From NCBI GenBank assembly GCA_018822545.1, contig JAHJKA010000051.1:12570-76569 (forward strand): a stretch of 64,000 nt of DNA, given 5' to 3'. The translations under genes and the position numbers were made by a program. The notes beneath the pieces were generated by a model. It saw nothing but the letters and a program-made list of their open reading frames with translations, searched no databases and was not told the origin of the DNA. Of the stretch, positions 27,054-35,917 are shown one piece after another. The DNA is from Pseudomonadota bacterium. GTDB lineage: Bacteria; Desulfobacterota; Desulfobulbia; Desulfobulbales; SURF-16. Position 1 is the first letter of the stretch; each line of letters opens with the position of its first letter.

Positions 27054-27068
27054 TGGCCCAAAATTTGC
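27054..27068 (+). promoter_or_regulatory. sigma54 (-24/-12) promoter
   Basis: TGGCCCAAAATTTGC(TT), with GG and GC at consensus spacing. About 210 nt upstream of the ATG at 27279. Confidence 0.6.
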
Positions 27069-27278
27069 TTTTTTTAATGTAATTTTATACTCTTAAGAAC
27101 AAGGATCTTAATCTCGACAGCATCAGGAAGATCCAGAAATCTTTATGAAAAGGGCAAGATTGCAGCAAAGAATTGTTAACCGGCATGGTCCTACCATCAG
27201 TTTGCCAAAGAAATAACAGCGACTGTCAAAGACACGCCAGCCTCAAGATTGACCGGTACTCAACGAAGGGATGATTCT

Positions 27279-28316
27279 ATGAATGTTCGCATCTTCTGTA
27301 AAATACTGTCACTGACTATTCTTCTTTCTCTCTACACCTTTCTTTCCTCAGGCGTAGCCGAGTCTTTTCCTTTTCGGACGCTTTCCGTGGGTGAGCCAAT
27401 CCCCGATGTCACCCTTGTCAAGGCCGCTGACAATAGTAAATTGTCCCTGCATGAACTCAAGGGGGCACCGGCAGTTCTTGTCTTTTGGGGGGGCGATCTG
27501 GCCGCCAAGAAAAAAAGATCCATCACCGCCCTCGCCGAATTGCAGGCCCTCCTGCCCTTTTTTACTGAAAAAAATGTCGCCCTCAAAGCAATCAACGCCC
27601 AGGGTGACACAGACGCCACCATTGCTGAAATTGTCCAGGCCTCGGGCTTTACCGCCCCGATTTATCTGGATTCGGCCCAACAGGCCTACGGCGCCTTAGG
27701 AATTTTTATCATGCCATCCGTCCTGATTCTTGACAAAAACGGCATTACCGTGGCCGGCATGGGCTACAGCAAGGACATGACAGCCACCCTCAAAGGTGAA
27801 ATTGAGATTCTCCTGGGCGAGAAATCCCGCGCCCAGGTGGAAGCTGAACTGAGTCCGGTGATGGTGGATAAATCCCCTGAAGAAAAAGAAGGTAACCGCC
27901 GCCTGGGCATGGGTCATGCTATGGCCCTCAAAGGGCAGCTTGAGGCGGCTGAACGCGAATACCAGGCCGCCCTGGCAAGCAACCCTCAACTGGCCGAGGC
28001 CCATGTGGAACTCGGCTGCCTCTATTACCAACTTGGCAAAATTGCCGAGGCCCAGAAAAGTCTTGATACCGGTCTCGGCATTGATTCCAGCTCCCTGCGC
28101 GGTGAAATTTGCGCTGCCCAGGTTACTGCGGCCCAAGGTGATGTCGACACCGCCCTTGACGACCTGAAGGCCATGCTTTTTCGCAACGGCCGTAATGCAG
28201 AACTCCATTATGTGCTGGGCACCTTGTATGAAAAAAAGGAAAATCACAGCTTGGCAGCCAAGGAGTTTCGCAAATCCTATGAACTCCTGAGCCGAAGCGC
28301 CAATTTCGAAGAGTAA
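27279..28316 (+). CDS. Periplasmic thioredoxin-fold (TlpA/redoxin-like, no CxxC) plus TPR-repeat protein
   Basis: Signal peptide. LKGAPAVLVFWGGDLAAKKKRS sits where redoxins carry WCxxC. The C-terminal half has TPR-like repeats (AEAHVELGCLYYQLGKIAEAQKSL...). ATG at 27279 has AAGGGA upstream. Confidence 0.75.
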   Translation: MNVRIFCKILSLTILLSLYTFLSSGVAESFPFRTLSVGEPIPDVTLVKAADNSKLSLHELKGAPAVLVFWGGDLAAKKKRSITALAELQALLPFFTEKNVALKAINAQGDTDATIAEIVQASGFTAPIYLDSAQQAYGALGIFIMPSVLILDKNGITVAGMGYSKDMTATLKGEIEILLGEKSRAQVEAELSPVMVDKSPEEKEGNRRLGMGHAMALKGQLEAAEREYQAALASNPQLAEAHVELGCLYYQLGKIAEAQKSLDTGLGIDSSSLRGEICAAQVTAAQGDVDTALDDLKAMLFRNGRNAELHYVLGTLYEKKENHSLAAKEFRKSYELLSRSANFEE

Positions 28317-28407
28317 CGCTATCAAAGAAATCCTCTGGCGGAACGGTAAAACATGCCTCTCTCTCCCCACAACCGCCCCACGCACACCCCATGACCAAGG
28401 TTCGCTT

Positions 28408-29586
28408 ATGAAAAGTTTGACAAACATTTCCCCTCGAGGATGCCTGTCGTTGGTCGGCAGACAAAGTACCATCTTTGCCTGCTGGCTCATCATTGGCCTC
28501 AGTCTCCAGTTTCCCCAGGGAAATGCCTGGGCGGCACCGGAAATCCTGGTGCCGCCTGCAGCAGCAACCATCTATGCCCGTCAGCCCACGACCCACCTGG
28601 TCGTCCGGCAGCAGCAAAACGACAGCATAAGCCGGACACGGGTGCGCAAGGACGATTTGCTCTTCTCGCCCCAGGGTATCTGGCAAGCAAAAAATGGTGA
28701 GTATTACCTCCACTTTCGCCTGCCCCTGATTCCGGGCAAAAACTCCTTTGAGCTCATCCCCTCAGGCAAAAATGTCGTGATCAAGTACCGACCTTTACGC
28801 TCCCTGCTCAACGTCAATTTTAACGAAAAAGGGGTCTCTCTCTTCCACCGCAACGAGCTGCTGCCCGCCTCCTGCAAGGAGTGCCACCACGCAAAACCGG
28901 CCCAGCCAACCAGACCCATTGACGAGCAGGCCCAGCCTCTCTGTTTTGAATGCCATAAAAACATCGTTGAGAATAACTGGAAACACAGCCCAGCCGCCAC
29001 CCTGCAATGCCGAGCCTGTCATCAGGAGACCACTGACCCCAACAAAATCACCATCCCGGTGGGCAAGGTGGAAACCAGCTGTTTCCAGTGCCATGTCAGC
29101 AAAAAAGCTTGGCTGAAGATGGAACATATCCACGGCCCGGTGGGTACCGGCGACTGCACGGTCTGCCACAACCCCCACGCCGACCAGAATCGTGCCCAGC
29201 TCTGGGCAGCTGGCAAGGATGTAATCTGCGTGGCCTGCCATACGGACAAAAAAGACCTGCTTGCTGAAGACAGCTCCACCTATTACATCCACGGCATCAT
29301 CAAGGGCGGCGGCTGCATTGCCTGTCACAGTCCCCATGCCACCGATCACCGTTTTCAGCTTTATAAACCAATTAATGATCTGTGCGTGGGTTGTCACACC
29401 GCCTTTAAAGATGTGGTCAAGGGCCACCCGGTTGGTGGTCACCCAGTACAAGGGGTCAAAGATCCACGCCGACCGGAAAGGACCTTTTCCTGTACCAGTT
29501 GCCACAACCCCCATGGCTCAGATTATAAGTTCCTGCTCATCGGCGATATTCTCGGCGGTCAGGTATGCAGTCAATGCCACTATTAA
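28408..29586 (+). CDS. Decaheme c-type cytochrome with an N-terminal beta-rich domain
   Basis: CKECH, CFECH, CRACH, CFQCH, CTVCH, CVACH, CIACH, CVGCH, CTSCH, CSQCH. Signal peptide. Architecture resembles the 21450 gene. Confidence 0.9.
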   Translation: MKSLTNISPRGCLSLVGRQSTIFACWLIIGLSLQFPQGNAWAAPEILVPPAAATIYARQPTTHLVVRQQQNDSISRTRVRKDDLLFSPQGIWQAKNGEYYLHFRLPLIPGKNSFELIPSGKNVVIKYRPLRSLLNVNFNEKGVSLFHRNELLPASCKECHHAKPAQPTRPIDEQAQPLCFECHKNIVENNWKHSPAATLQCRACHQETTDPNKITIPVGKVETSCFQCHVSKKAWLKMEHIHGPVGTGDCTVCHNPHADQNRAQLWAAGKDVICVACHTDKKDLLAEDSSTYYIHGIIKGGGCIACHSPHATDHRFQLYKPINDLCVGCHTAFKDVVKGHPVGGHPVQGVKDPRRPERTFSCTSCHNPHGSDYKFLLIGDILGGQVCSQCHY

Positions 29587-29598
29587 TCAACAGGCGCG

Positions 29599-30873
29599 AT
29601 GATGGCTTTTAACAAAAAACACAATACGGCCTGGAAACTTGCAGCTTTCTGGCTCCTCTTTGTGGTGCTGGCCTGGCACCTTGGTTCTCCATTGGCCCAA
29701 GAAAAACCAGCTCCTGTGGAAGAGCAGAAACCTGCTACGCCCCGTGAGGTCATGCGCCTGGTCACCATTCTCAACCAGGATGATCGAGGCAAACCCCTGC
29801 GTTTCCCCATCAACATCTCGGCAGAGAATGACCAGGAAGAAATCTACGTTATTAACGGCGGCCAGGGCAACATCCTCATCTACGGCCGGGATTTTTTCCC
29901 CCATCTTGTCCTGGGGGCCGGTCGGGGAATTGACAGCCCGCAATGCATCTTCTTTGACATGGAGCATGGCAAGGTCTTCATCGGCCAGAATCACACGGCC
30001 CAGAACCCCAGCAGGCTGACCATCTTAAATGCCGCCTTCCTGCCGGAAAAAGAAGTGACGTTCACAGCCATGCCCGATGGGGAGAAATTTTCCATCACCA
30101 ACGGCATGGTGGGTAAAAACGGCAAGCTTTACCTGATTGGCAACCAGAGCCGTGGTGCCCTGGTTCTTGATGCCGAGGGCAAGTTCTCCCACTGGCTCAA
30201 ACCCATGGATAAGATTTTCCTGGACGCGCCGGTGAAAACCTCAGACAGCACCGAGGAGAGACTGGAGTATCTTGCCGAGCTCCAAAAAAATACCGCTGCC
30301 CCCCCAGAGGAAGTCTCGGCCGTGCCAGAAGGATTACCCGCTGAACTGCTGCCAAAATCACGGGGCACCATCCCCACAGATAAGGAAAAGGGCAAAGATC
30401 TTCAGCCCGTCCTCCTCCATGACATTGCCATTGACAGTGACGGCCGCATCTTTCTGCTCAGCGAAGAGACCAGCAAAGTTTATGTCTATGGTCCCGGGGA
30501 AAACTTCCTCTTTTCCTTTGGCCAGAAGGGTGGCTCATCGGGCAAGATGAGCCGCCCCAGAGGACTTTGTCTCGATGAGAAGAAAAAATGCATCTACATC
30601 GTTGACTACATGCGGCACACCATCTTGACCTTTGACATGGCTGGGCGCTTCATTTTTGAGTTCGGGGGTAGGGGCACAGGAGCGCTGTGGTTCAACTTCC
30701 CCACGGCTATTGATGTCGATCGTCAAGGGCGGCTGCTTATTGCCGATCTTTTTAATAACCGGGTGCAAATCCTGGAGAGCGATTTTACCATCAGTTATCC
30801 GGTGTTCGGTAACACCAAGGGTCTGCCGCCTAAACAGAAAGACACCAGCAGAGATGAACCCGCGCAGCCCTAA
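29599..30873 (+). CDS. NHL-repeat beta-propeller protein
   Basis: ...RPRGLCLDEKKKCIYIVDYMRHTILTFD..., FPTAIDVDRQGRLLIADLFNNRVQILE. Signal peptide. Confidence 0.85.
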   Translation: MMAFNKKHNTAWKLAAFWLLFVVLAWHLGSPLAQEKPAPVEEQKPATPREVMRLVTILNQDDRGKPLRFPINISAENDQEEIYVINGGQGNILIYGRDFFPHLVLGAGRGIDSPQCIFFDMEHGKVFIGQNHTAQNPSRLTILNAAFLPEKEVTFTAMPDGEKFSITNGMVGKNGKLYLIGNQSRGALVLDAEGKFSHWLKPMDKIFLDAPVKTSDSTEERLEYLAELQKNTAAPPEEVSAVPEGLPAELLPKSRGTIPTDKEKGKDLQPVLLHDIAIDSDGRIFLLSEETSKVYVYGPGENFLFSFGQKGGSSGKMSRPRGLCLDEKKKCIYIVDYMRHTILTFDMAGRFIFEFGGRGTGALWFNFPTAIDVDRQGRLLIADLFNNRVQILESDFTISYPVFGNTKGLPPKQKDTSRDEPAQP

Positions 30874-30905
30874 AGAAAAAATGCGAGACCTTTTACTCTA
30901 TTAGT

Positions 30906-31364
30906 TTGGCAAGGAAAACGACTTTGAATCCTTTTAGAATCACATACATACTCTCAGCAGCCCTGGCGGCTCTCCTTCTTTTGGGGAACCCGGTATGGGC
31001 TGAGACAGAGTTTATTATTGTGGTTCACAAGGATAACCCCATCCGGCGGCTGCCGGCGGCCAAGATCAAAAGTATCTTTCTCGGCAAGGAACGCTCCTGG
31101 CCCGACGGCTCGCCCATCCTGCTGATCATGAATAAAAATGATGATATCCATGAATCCTTTACCCGAATCATGCTCCAGAAATCACCTGCACAGCTCTCCG
31201 TGTACTGGAAAAAAATCCTTTATAGCGGGGCCAGCATGCTTCCCCTTGCAGTTAAGGACGATGAAGCTGTAAAATCATATATGAGCCTGCATAAAAACAC
31301 GATCAGCTATATAGATGCCGACTCCCTAGATAAACAGGTCCGCCAATTGGAGGTTATACCCTGA
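30906..31364 (+). CDS. Short periplasmic PstS/PBP-like domain protein
   Basis: FIIVVHKDNPIRRLPAAKIKSIFLGKERSWPDGSPI...ISYIDADSLD resembles a single lobe of phosphate-type binding proteins. TTG start. Signal peptide. Confidence 0.6.
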   Translation: MARKTTLNPFRITYILSAALAALLLLGNPVWAETEFIIVVHKDNPIRRLPAAKIKSIFLGKERSWPDGSPILLIMNKNDDIHESFTRIMLQKSPAQLSVYWKKILYSGASMLPLAVKDDEAVKSYMSLHKNTISYIDADSLDKQVRQLEVIP

Positions 31365-31405
31365 CAAGAAACTGGGGAAGTATCCGAACAAAAATCTGGC
31401 TCTGT

Positions 31406-33043
31406 GTGCTTGTCTCGCTGGCCGGTTATTTTATTGCAACCATCGCCAGTTTCTACTCGAATATGGGGCAGTACGACCGCCTCTCCCATCTGGAAGAAAC
31501 ATGGTATCCCATGGCCACTCTGGGCTCCGACATGCTCCACAGCTTCAAGGCCCAAATCGACAAGCATGAGGATGCCTTTCTCACCGGCGAAGAAGAGCTT
31601 TCCGATGAGATCAATGCCCTCAATTTTATTCTGCTCGACAAGTTTGCTAAAATTGAAGAAATTTTGCGCAGCAAGCCCCGGATTCCGGTGAAAATTGCTG
31701 ACATCGAAAAGCTCAAACAGGATTATATCGCCCATCTCAAACTGGCCAAAGACATTGAAACATGGGCCGACGATGCCATTGAACTGACGCCGAAACTGCA
31801 AAAGGAGATCCAGCAGCATGGTCGCCAGCAACGCGATCTGCTTGAACGCTTCACCAGCCTCGACAAAAATTTCTCCAGCTGCTTTATCCAGGAGATTCAG
31901 CGCAACAAGGTCAAAACGCTGCACACCACCTTCTTCCTCGGCTTTCTCTTCCTCCTTGTTCTGCTTTTTGCCACCGCAATCATTGATAAAGTTGCTGACC
32001 GCCTGCTCATCAAACCTCTGGCTACCATCAAGGATAATGTCCGGCGCTTTGCGGTTTCCCAGGATATTATCGAACCCCAAGGGACAAGCGACACAGACGA
32101 GGTAGGGCTTCTGGCCTCGGCCTTCTGGGAAATGACCAAGGACCTCAAGGCCACCACCGTATCGAAAAAATATGTGGACAATATTATCCGCAATATGTCC
32201 GGCGCCCTGGTGGTGCTCAACCCTGAAGGAATTATCCAAAAAATAAACCAGCAAGCAACAGCCCTTTTTGATTATGAGGAAAAGGACCTGCTGGGTCAGC
32301 CGGCAACCCTTCTTTTTGTCGAGGCCAAGGAAAACCCCATCAAGAACCTGAGCCGCCTGGGCAACTGGCCTTTCAAAAATCTTGAGGTGAACTGCCGCAC
32401 CAAGGATGGCCGCATTTTCCCCGCCCATTTTTCTGGATCAGTCATGGATAACGAGGCCGGCAATGTGGTTGGTCTGGTCTGCGTTTTAAACGACATAACC
32501 GAGTTAAAAAATTCCGAGTTGAAACTTAAACAAATGGCGCTTCATGACCCACTCACGGGGCTTGCCAACCGCCATCTCTTTTTTGATCGCCTCGACCTTG
32601 CCACCCACGAGGCAGAACGCAGCGGCGGCAAGTTTGCCTTGCTCTTTCTTGACCTTGATAAATTTAAACCGGTTAATGACACCCTGGGCCACGATATCGG
32701 TGATCTTGTTCTCAAAAATGTCGCCACCAGGTTGCAGAATCTGGTCCGGGCCGGTGATACCGTGGCCCGTATGGGCGGTGACGAGTTCACCATTATTTTA
32801 AATGGCCTCCATTCCGACGAGGATGCTGAAAAGATTGCCGATAAAATCATTCAACGTATTGCTATTCCCTTTACCTTCGGCAATATTTCATGCAGCCTTG
32901 GCGTCAGTATCGGCATCACCCTTTTCCCGGACCACGGCACCCTTGCCGAACAGCTGATTAACAGGGCGGACCAATCCATGTATCTTGCCAAGGCCCAGGG
33001 GAGAAACACCTACTGTGTCTATCAAAATCAAGACCCGAGTTAA
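31406..33043 (+). CDS. Membrane sensor diguanylate cyclase (TM-periplasmic helical domain-TM-HAMP-PAS-GGDEF)
   Basis: RMGGDEFTIIL with an RAGD I-site 5 residues upstream, and HDPLTGLANR. By homology to the next gene the N-terminus probably extends upstream: CTG at 31361 with GGAGG 8 nt before it, otherwise GTG at 31406. Confidence 0.88.
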   Translation: MLVSLAGYFIATIASFYSNMGQYDRLSHLEETWYPMATLGSDMLHSFKAQIDKHEDAFLTGEEELSDEINALNFILLDKFAKIEEILRSKPRIPVKIADIEKLKQDYIAHLKLAKDIETWADDAIELTPKLQKEIQQHGRQQRDLLERFTSLDKNFSSCFIQEIQRNKVKTLHTTFFLGFLFLLVLLFATAIIDKVADRLLIKPLATIKDNVRRFAVSQDIIEPQGTSDTDEVGLLASAFWEMTKDLKATTVSKKYVDNIIRNMSGALVVLNPEGIIQKINQQATALFDYEEKDLLGQPATLLFVEAKENPIKNLSRLGNWPFKNLEVNCRTKDGRIFPAHFSGSVMDNEAGNVVGLVCVLNDITELKNSELKLKQMALHDPLTGLANRHLFFDRLDLATHEAERSGGKFALLFLDLDKFKPVNDTLGHDIGDLVLKNVATRLQNLVRAGDTVARMGGDEFTIILNGLHSDEDAEKIADKIIQRIAIPFTFGNISCSLGVSIGITLFPDHGTLAEQLINRADQSMYLAKAQGRNTYCVYQNQDPS

Positions 33044-33057
33044 ACGAAATTACCACC

Positions 33058-34998
33058 ATGCCCTGTGACAATTTAAAATCTAAAATAGCCAATATCCTCA
33101 GCCGCAGTGGCAGCATTCGCAGCAAGGTGTGGACCTGCGTGCTTATAGCCCTCGTCGGTTACTTTATTGCAACCTTGTCGAGCTTCTACTCCAACAGCCG
33201 TCATGCCACCCGTCTTACGCATTTGCAGAAAATAGAAATGCCTCTGGCCCTGCTCAGCGACCAGAGCCTGCAGGCCTATAAAGACCAGATAGAAAAATAT
33301 GAGAACGCCTTCCTCACCGGCGAGGCTGAACAGGCCATCCAGGGCAATCGTCTCAGCGGCCACATTGTCGAGTATTTTGAAAAAATGCAGGAAATGGCAA
33401 CCAACGACCAGGTCTTTGACCAGGAAAAATATGCCATCGCCAAACTACTGGACAACTATAATGAATTTTCCGACCTGGCCTCGGAAGTATACCTAAGCAC
33501 CCAGGCCATTGAAACATCCATTGATCTGCAGAAAAAAATCCAGGTCCTGGGGAGCATGCAGACTGACATCCTCAACGATCTTCGCCACCTAGCACAACAT
33601 TTCACCAAAAAAGTTGAGGATGAACTCCAAGAACAGCGGCGAAGCGCCCAGATCAACACCCTCTTTCTCGGCGTCCTCTTCGTGGTGGTGCTGGTCACTG
33701 CCATTTTAATCAGCCATTGTTTTGCCAGCCAGCAGCTCATCGAACCTCTGGCCAAGATCCAGACCATGGTCAAGCTCTTTGCCAAAGGCGAGGAGATTTA
33801 CCGCCCCCAACTGGGCAGCGACAAGGATGAGATCAGCAACCTGGCCTTCTCTTTCTGGGAGATGACCCAAGACCTCAAAGACTCCATGGTCTCCCGTGAT
33901 TATGTCGACAGTATTATCAAAAATATGTCCGGCTGCCTCATGGTCCTTACCCCTGGTCTGCAACTCTCGAAGATCAACACCAAGACCTCGTTTCTTCTCG
34001 ACCGCAGTGAAGACCAGCTCCTCGGCCTCAAGGTCACCGAACTCGTCTGTGATGACATGCTGTCGCTCTTTCAAGACAAGGCCATCAAACTCCTGCACAG
34101 GGGAGAGGATGTCACCAACCTGGAAATATGCCTGACAAAAAGAGATGGTAGCAAGATTCCCGTGCTCTTTTCCGGATCGGTGATGCGCAACTCCGACAAT
34201 GTCATTATCGCCCTGATCTGCGTGACCAATGATATTACCGAGCGTAAAAAAACAGAACAGGTTCTGCGCAAAAATGAAATCGAACGGGCCCTGGCCCAAA
34301 GCGCTTCCTTGGCACGGATCGGTGAATTGACCTCGAGCATTGCCCACGAGATGCGCAATCCGCTCTCCTCCATCAAAATGACCATTAAAACCATCGCCCA
34401 GGAACTTGGCACTACGAACCCCACCTTCCATGAACTGGCTACCATTGCCCAGGATCAGTCAAAACGCTTAGAAACCATGCTCAACGATCTGCTGAGCTAC
34501 GGCAAACCCCTCACCCCCAAAGTGGAACGCACCACCTTCCACGAGCTCCTTACCGAGACATTTATTGCCGTGGCCCCAGAGAAAGAGGACAAAAGCGTTA
34601 GCGTGGAGATTACCGACAATCTCAAGGAGATACCCCTTAAGGTGGACAAGGAACTCATGATCCGTGCCCTGTCCAACCTGGCCTTAAACGCTATTCAATG
34701 GTCACCGGCGCGCAGCACCATCTATATAGCAAGCCGTCTCATTTCCATTGTGGGCTCACCCGACCAGGCCATCATCGAGGTGCGCGACAGCGGCCCGGGC
34801 TTAGACAGCAAGAAGAGCCACCGCCTCTTTCAGCCTTTCATGACCACCAGACCTGGCGGTACCGGTCTCGGCCTTGCCAATGTCCGCAAGATTGTCGAAT
34901 ATCACGGCGGCACCGTAAGCGGTTGCAACTATGGCAGCGGCGGCGCCCTGTTTACCATCACCATCCCCATTGTTTCCCCCCATCTCTCCCTTTCCTGA
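33058..34998 (+). CDS. Membrane sensor histidine kinase (TM-periplasmic helical domain-TM-HAMP-PAS-HisKA-HATPase)
   Basis: SIAHEMRNPLSSI (H-box), NLALNAIQW (N-box), DSGPGL, GTGLGLA. The N-terminal ~380 aa are paralogous to the preceding cyclase. Confidence 0.9.
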   Translation: MPCDNLKSKIANILSRSGSIRSKVWTCVLIALVGYFIATLSSFYSNSRHATRLTHLQKIEMPLALLSDQSLQAYKDQIEKYENAFLTGEAEQAIQGNRLSGHIVEYFEKMQEMATNDQVFDQEKYAIAKLLDNYNEFSDLASEVYLSTQAIETSIDLQKKIQVLGSMQTDILNDLRHLAQHFTKKVEDELQEQRRSAQINTLFLGVLFVVVLVTAILISHCFASQQLIEPLAKIQTMVKLFAKGEEIYRPQLGSDKDEISNLAFSFWEMTQDLKDSMVSRDYVDSIIKNMSGCLMVLTPGLQLSKINTKTSFLLDRSEDQLLGLKVTELVCDDMLSLFQDKAIKLLHRGEDVTNLEICLTKRDGSKIPVLFSGSVMRNSDNVIIALICVTNDITERKKTEQVLRKNEIERALAQSASLARIGELTSSIAHEMRNPLSSIKMTIKTIAQELGTTNPTFHELATIAQDQSKRLETMLNDLLSYGKPLTPKVERTTFHELLTETFIAVAPEKEDKSVSVEITDNLKEIPLKVDKELMIRALSNLALNAIQWSPARSTIYIASRLISIVGSPDQAIIEVRDSGPGLDSKKSHRLFQPFMTTRPGGTGLGLANVRKIVEYHGGTVSGCNYGSGGALFTITIPIVSPHLSLS

Positions 34999-35498
34999 CA
35001 TTCCGCCCAAAATATTTGCCTGGCGCACCCGATACCATGCTGATTTCCATCTTGAGCCAATCGGTGCCCCATAGCACCTGGTTGCGCACAGCCTTACAGC
35101 GTGACTTAATCACACAAGGCGTGCGTCCTTTCCCCCCGGACAAGACACTAGGGCAAAATGCCGCATAACCAACTGTTGGCCCCTCCCCCCCTCAGAAAAT
35201 GAGCAGCCGTCTTCTAAAAAAACAGGCGAATCCCTCTCCCAAAATTCTTCAATATACATATAATGCATTATTTCTCATTGAAAACACGTCATTATTATTG
35301 GGAGCAACCTAAGTCCTCAATATGCGGTACAGCTTTTGCTATTTCCAAATCATAAAGAGAATATGCATCGATAGGCGCAAAAAACGTACTACGTCTTATC
35401 CGCCCCAGACATGGCCACACAACGACGATCATCTGCAAGACTTTAAGGATGAAGGCTGCCGCTACCCCACGCCATACTGCGAAAAAGAGAGGCAAACG

Positions 35499-35852
35499 AT
35501 GATGGATAACACATGTTCCAATGGGAAGGCAGGGACTGGGGAGCAACAACTCTCGCCCGCCATCAGGTTGAAAAATCTGCGTGATAAAGAATGGTCCATA
35601 GGAAGCGGTCAATGCCCGCACTGCCGAGGTGTAAATGAGGCCTGGCACGGCCACCCTCTCTATACAGACCCCGGCAAGATAGGTCACAGCACCTGGTGCC
35701 AGCTTGCGGCGACCATAAAGGAGTTAGGCGAAACACCTCTCTATGTAGGGACCTACCGATCAGAAAGAAAATTTGAGACCTACTGGAAGACATTTATTGA
35801 TTTGCAAGGCTTTGAACACCGACTTTTAGGAAGTAGACGACTTAACAGTTAA
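35499..35852 (+). CDS. Hypothetical Cys/His-containing protein
   Basis: ORF with GAGAGG upstream of ATGATG. Contains CPHC...H...C. No recognisable family. An opposite-strand ORF overlaps it, so coding status is uncertain. Confidence 0.35.
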   Translation: MMDNTCSNGKAGTGEQQLSPAIRLKNLRDKEWSIGSGQCPHCRGVNEAWHGHPLYTDPGKIGHSTWCQLAATIKELGETPLYVGTYRSERKFETYWKTFIDLQGFEHRLLGSRRLNS

Positions 35853-35917
35853 CGCGGTGGAAAAACCTCCACCCCTGACTTTTTTGCATTTCCATCCTGT
35901 TTGCCCTTCTCTCCCCC

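Noticed and set aside
27696-28713. Minus-strand ORFs of 291 and 196 aa overlapping the thioredoxin/TPR gene and the decaheme gene start
   Set aside because: No domain signal. They span a real intergenic region and two well-supported plus-strand genes.
31307-32428. 373-aa minus-strand ORF antisense to the diguanylate cyclase
   Set aside because: Low-complexity sequence with no motifs. The plus-strand frame has HAMP/PAS/GGDEF and a paralogue next door.
35295-35687. 130-aa minus-strand ORF overlapping the hypothetical plus-strand gene
   Set aside because: No SD or motifs. The plus-strand ORF from 35499 has a plausible SD, but neither is strongly supported and the region may be largely non-coding.
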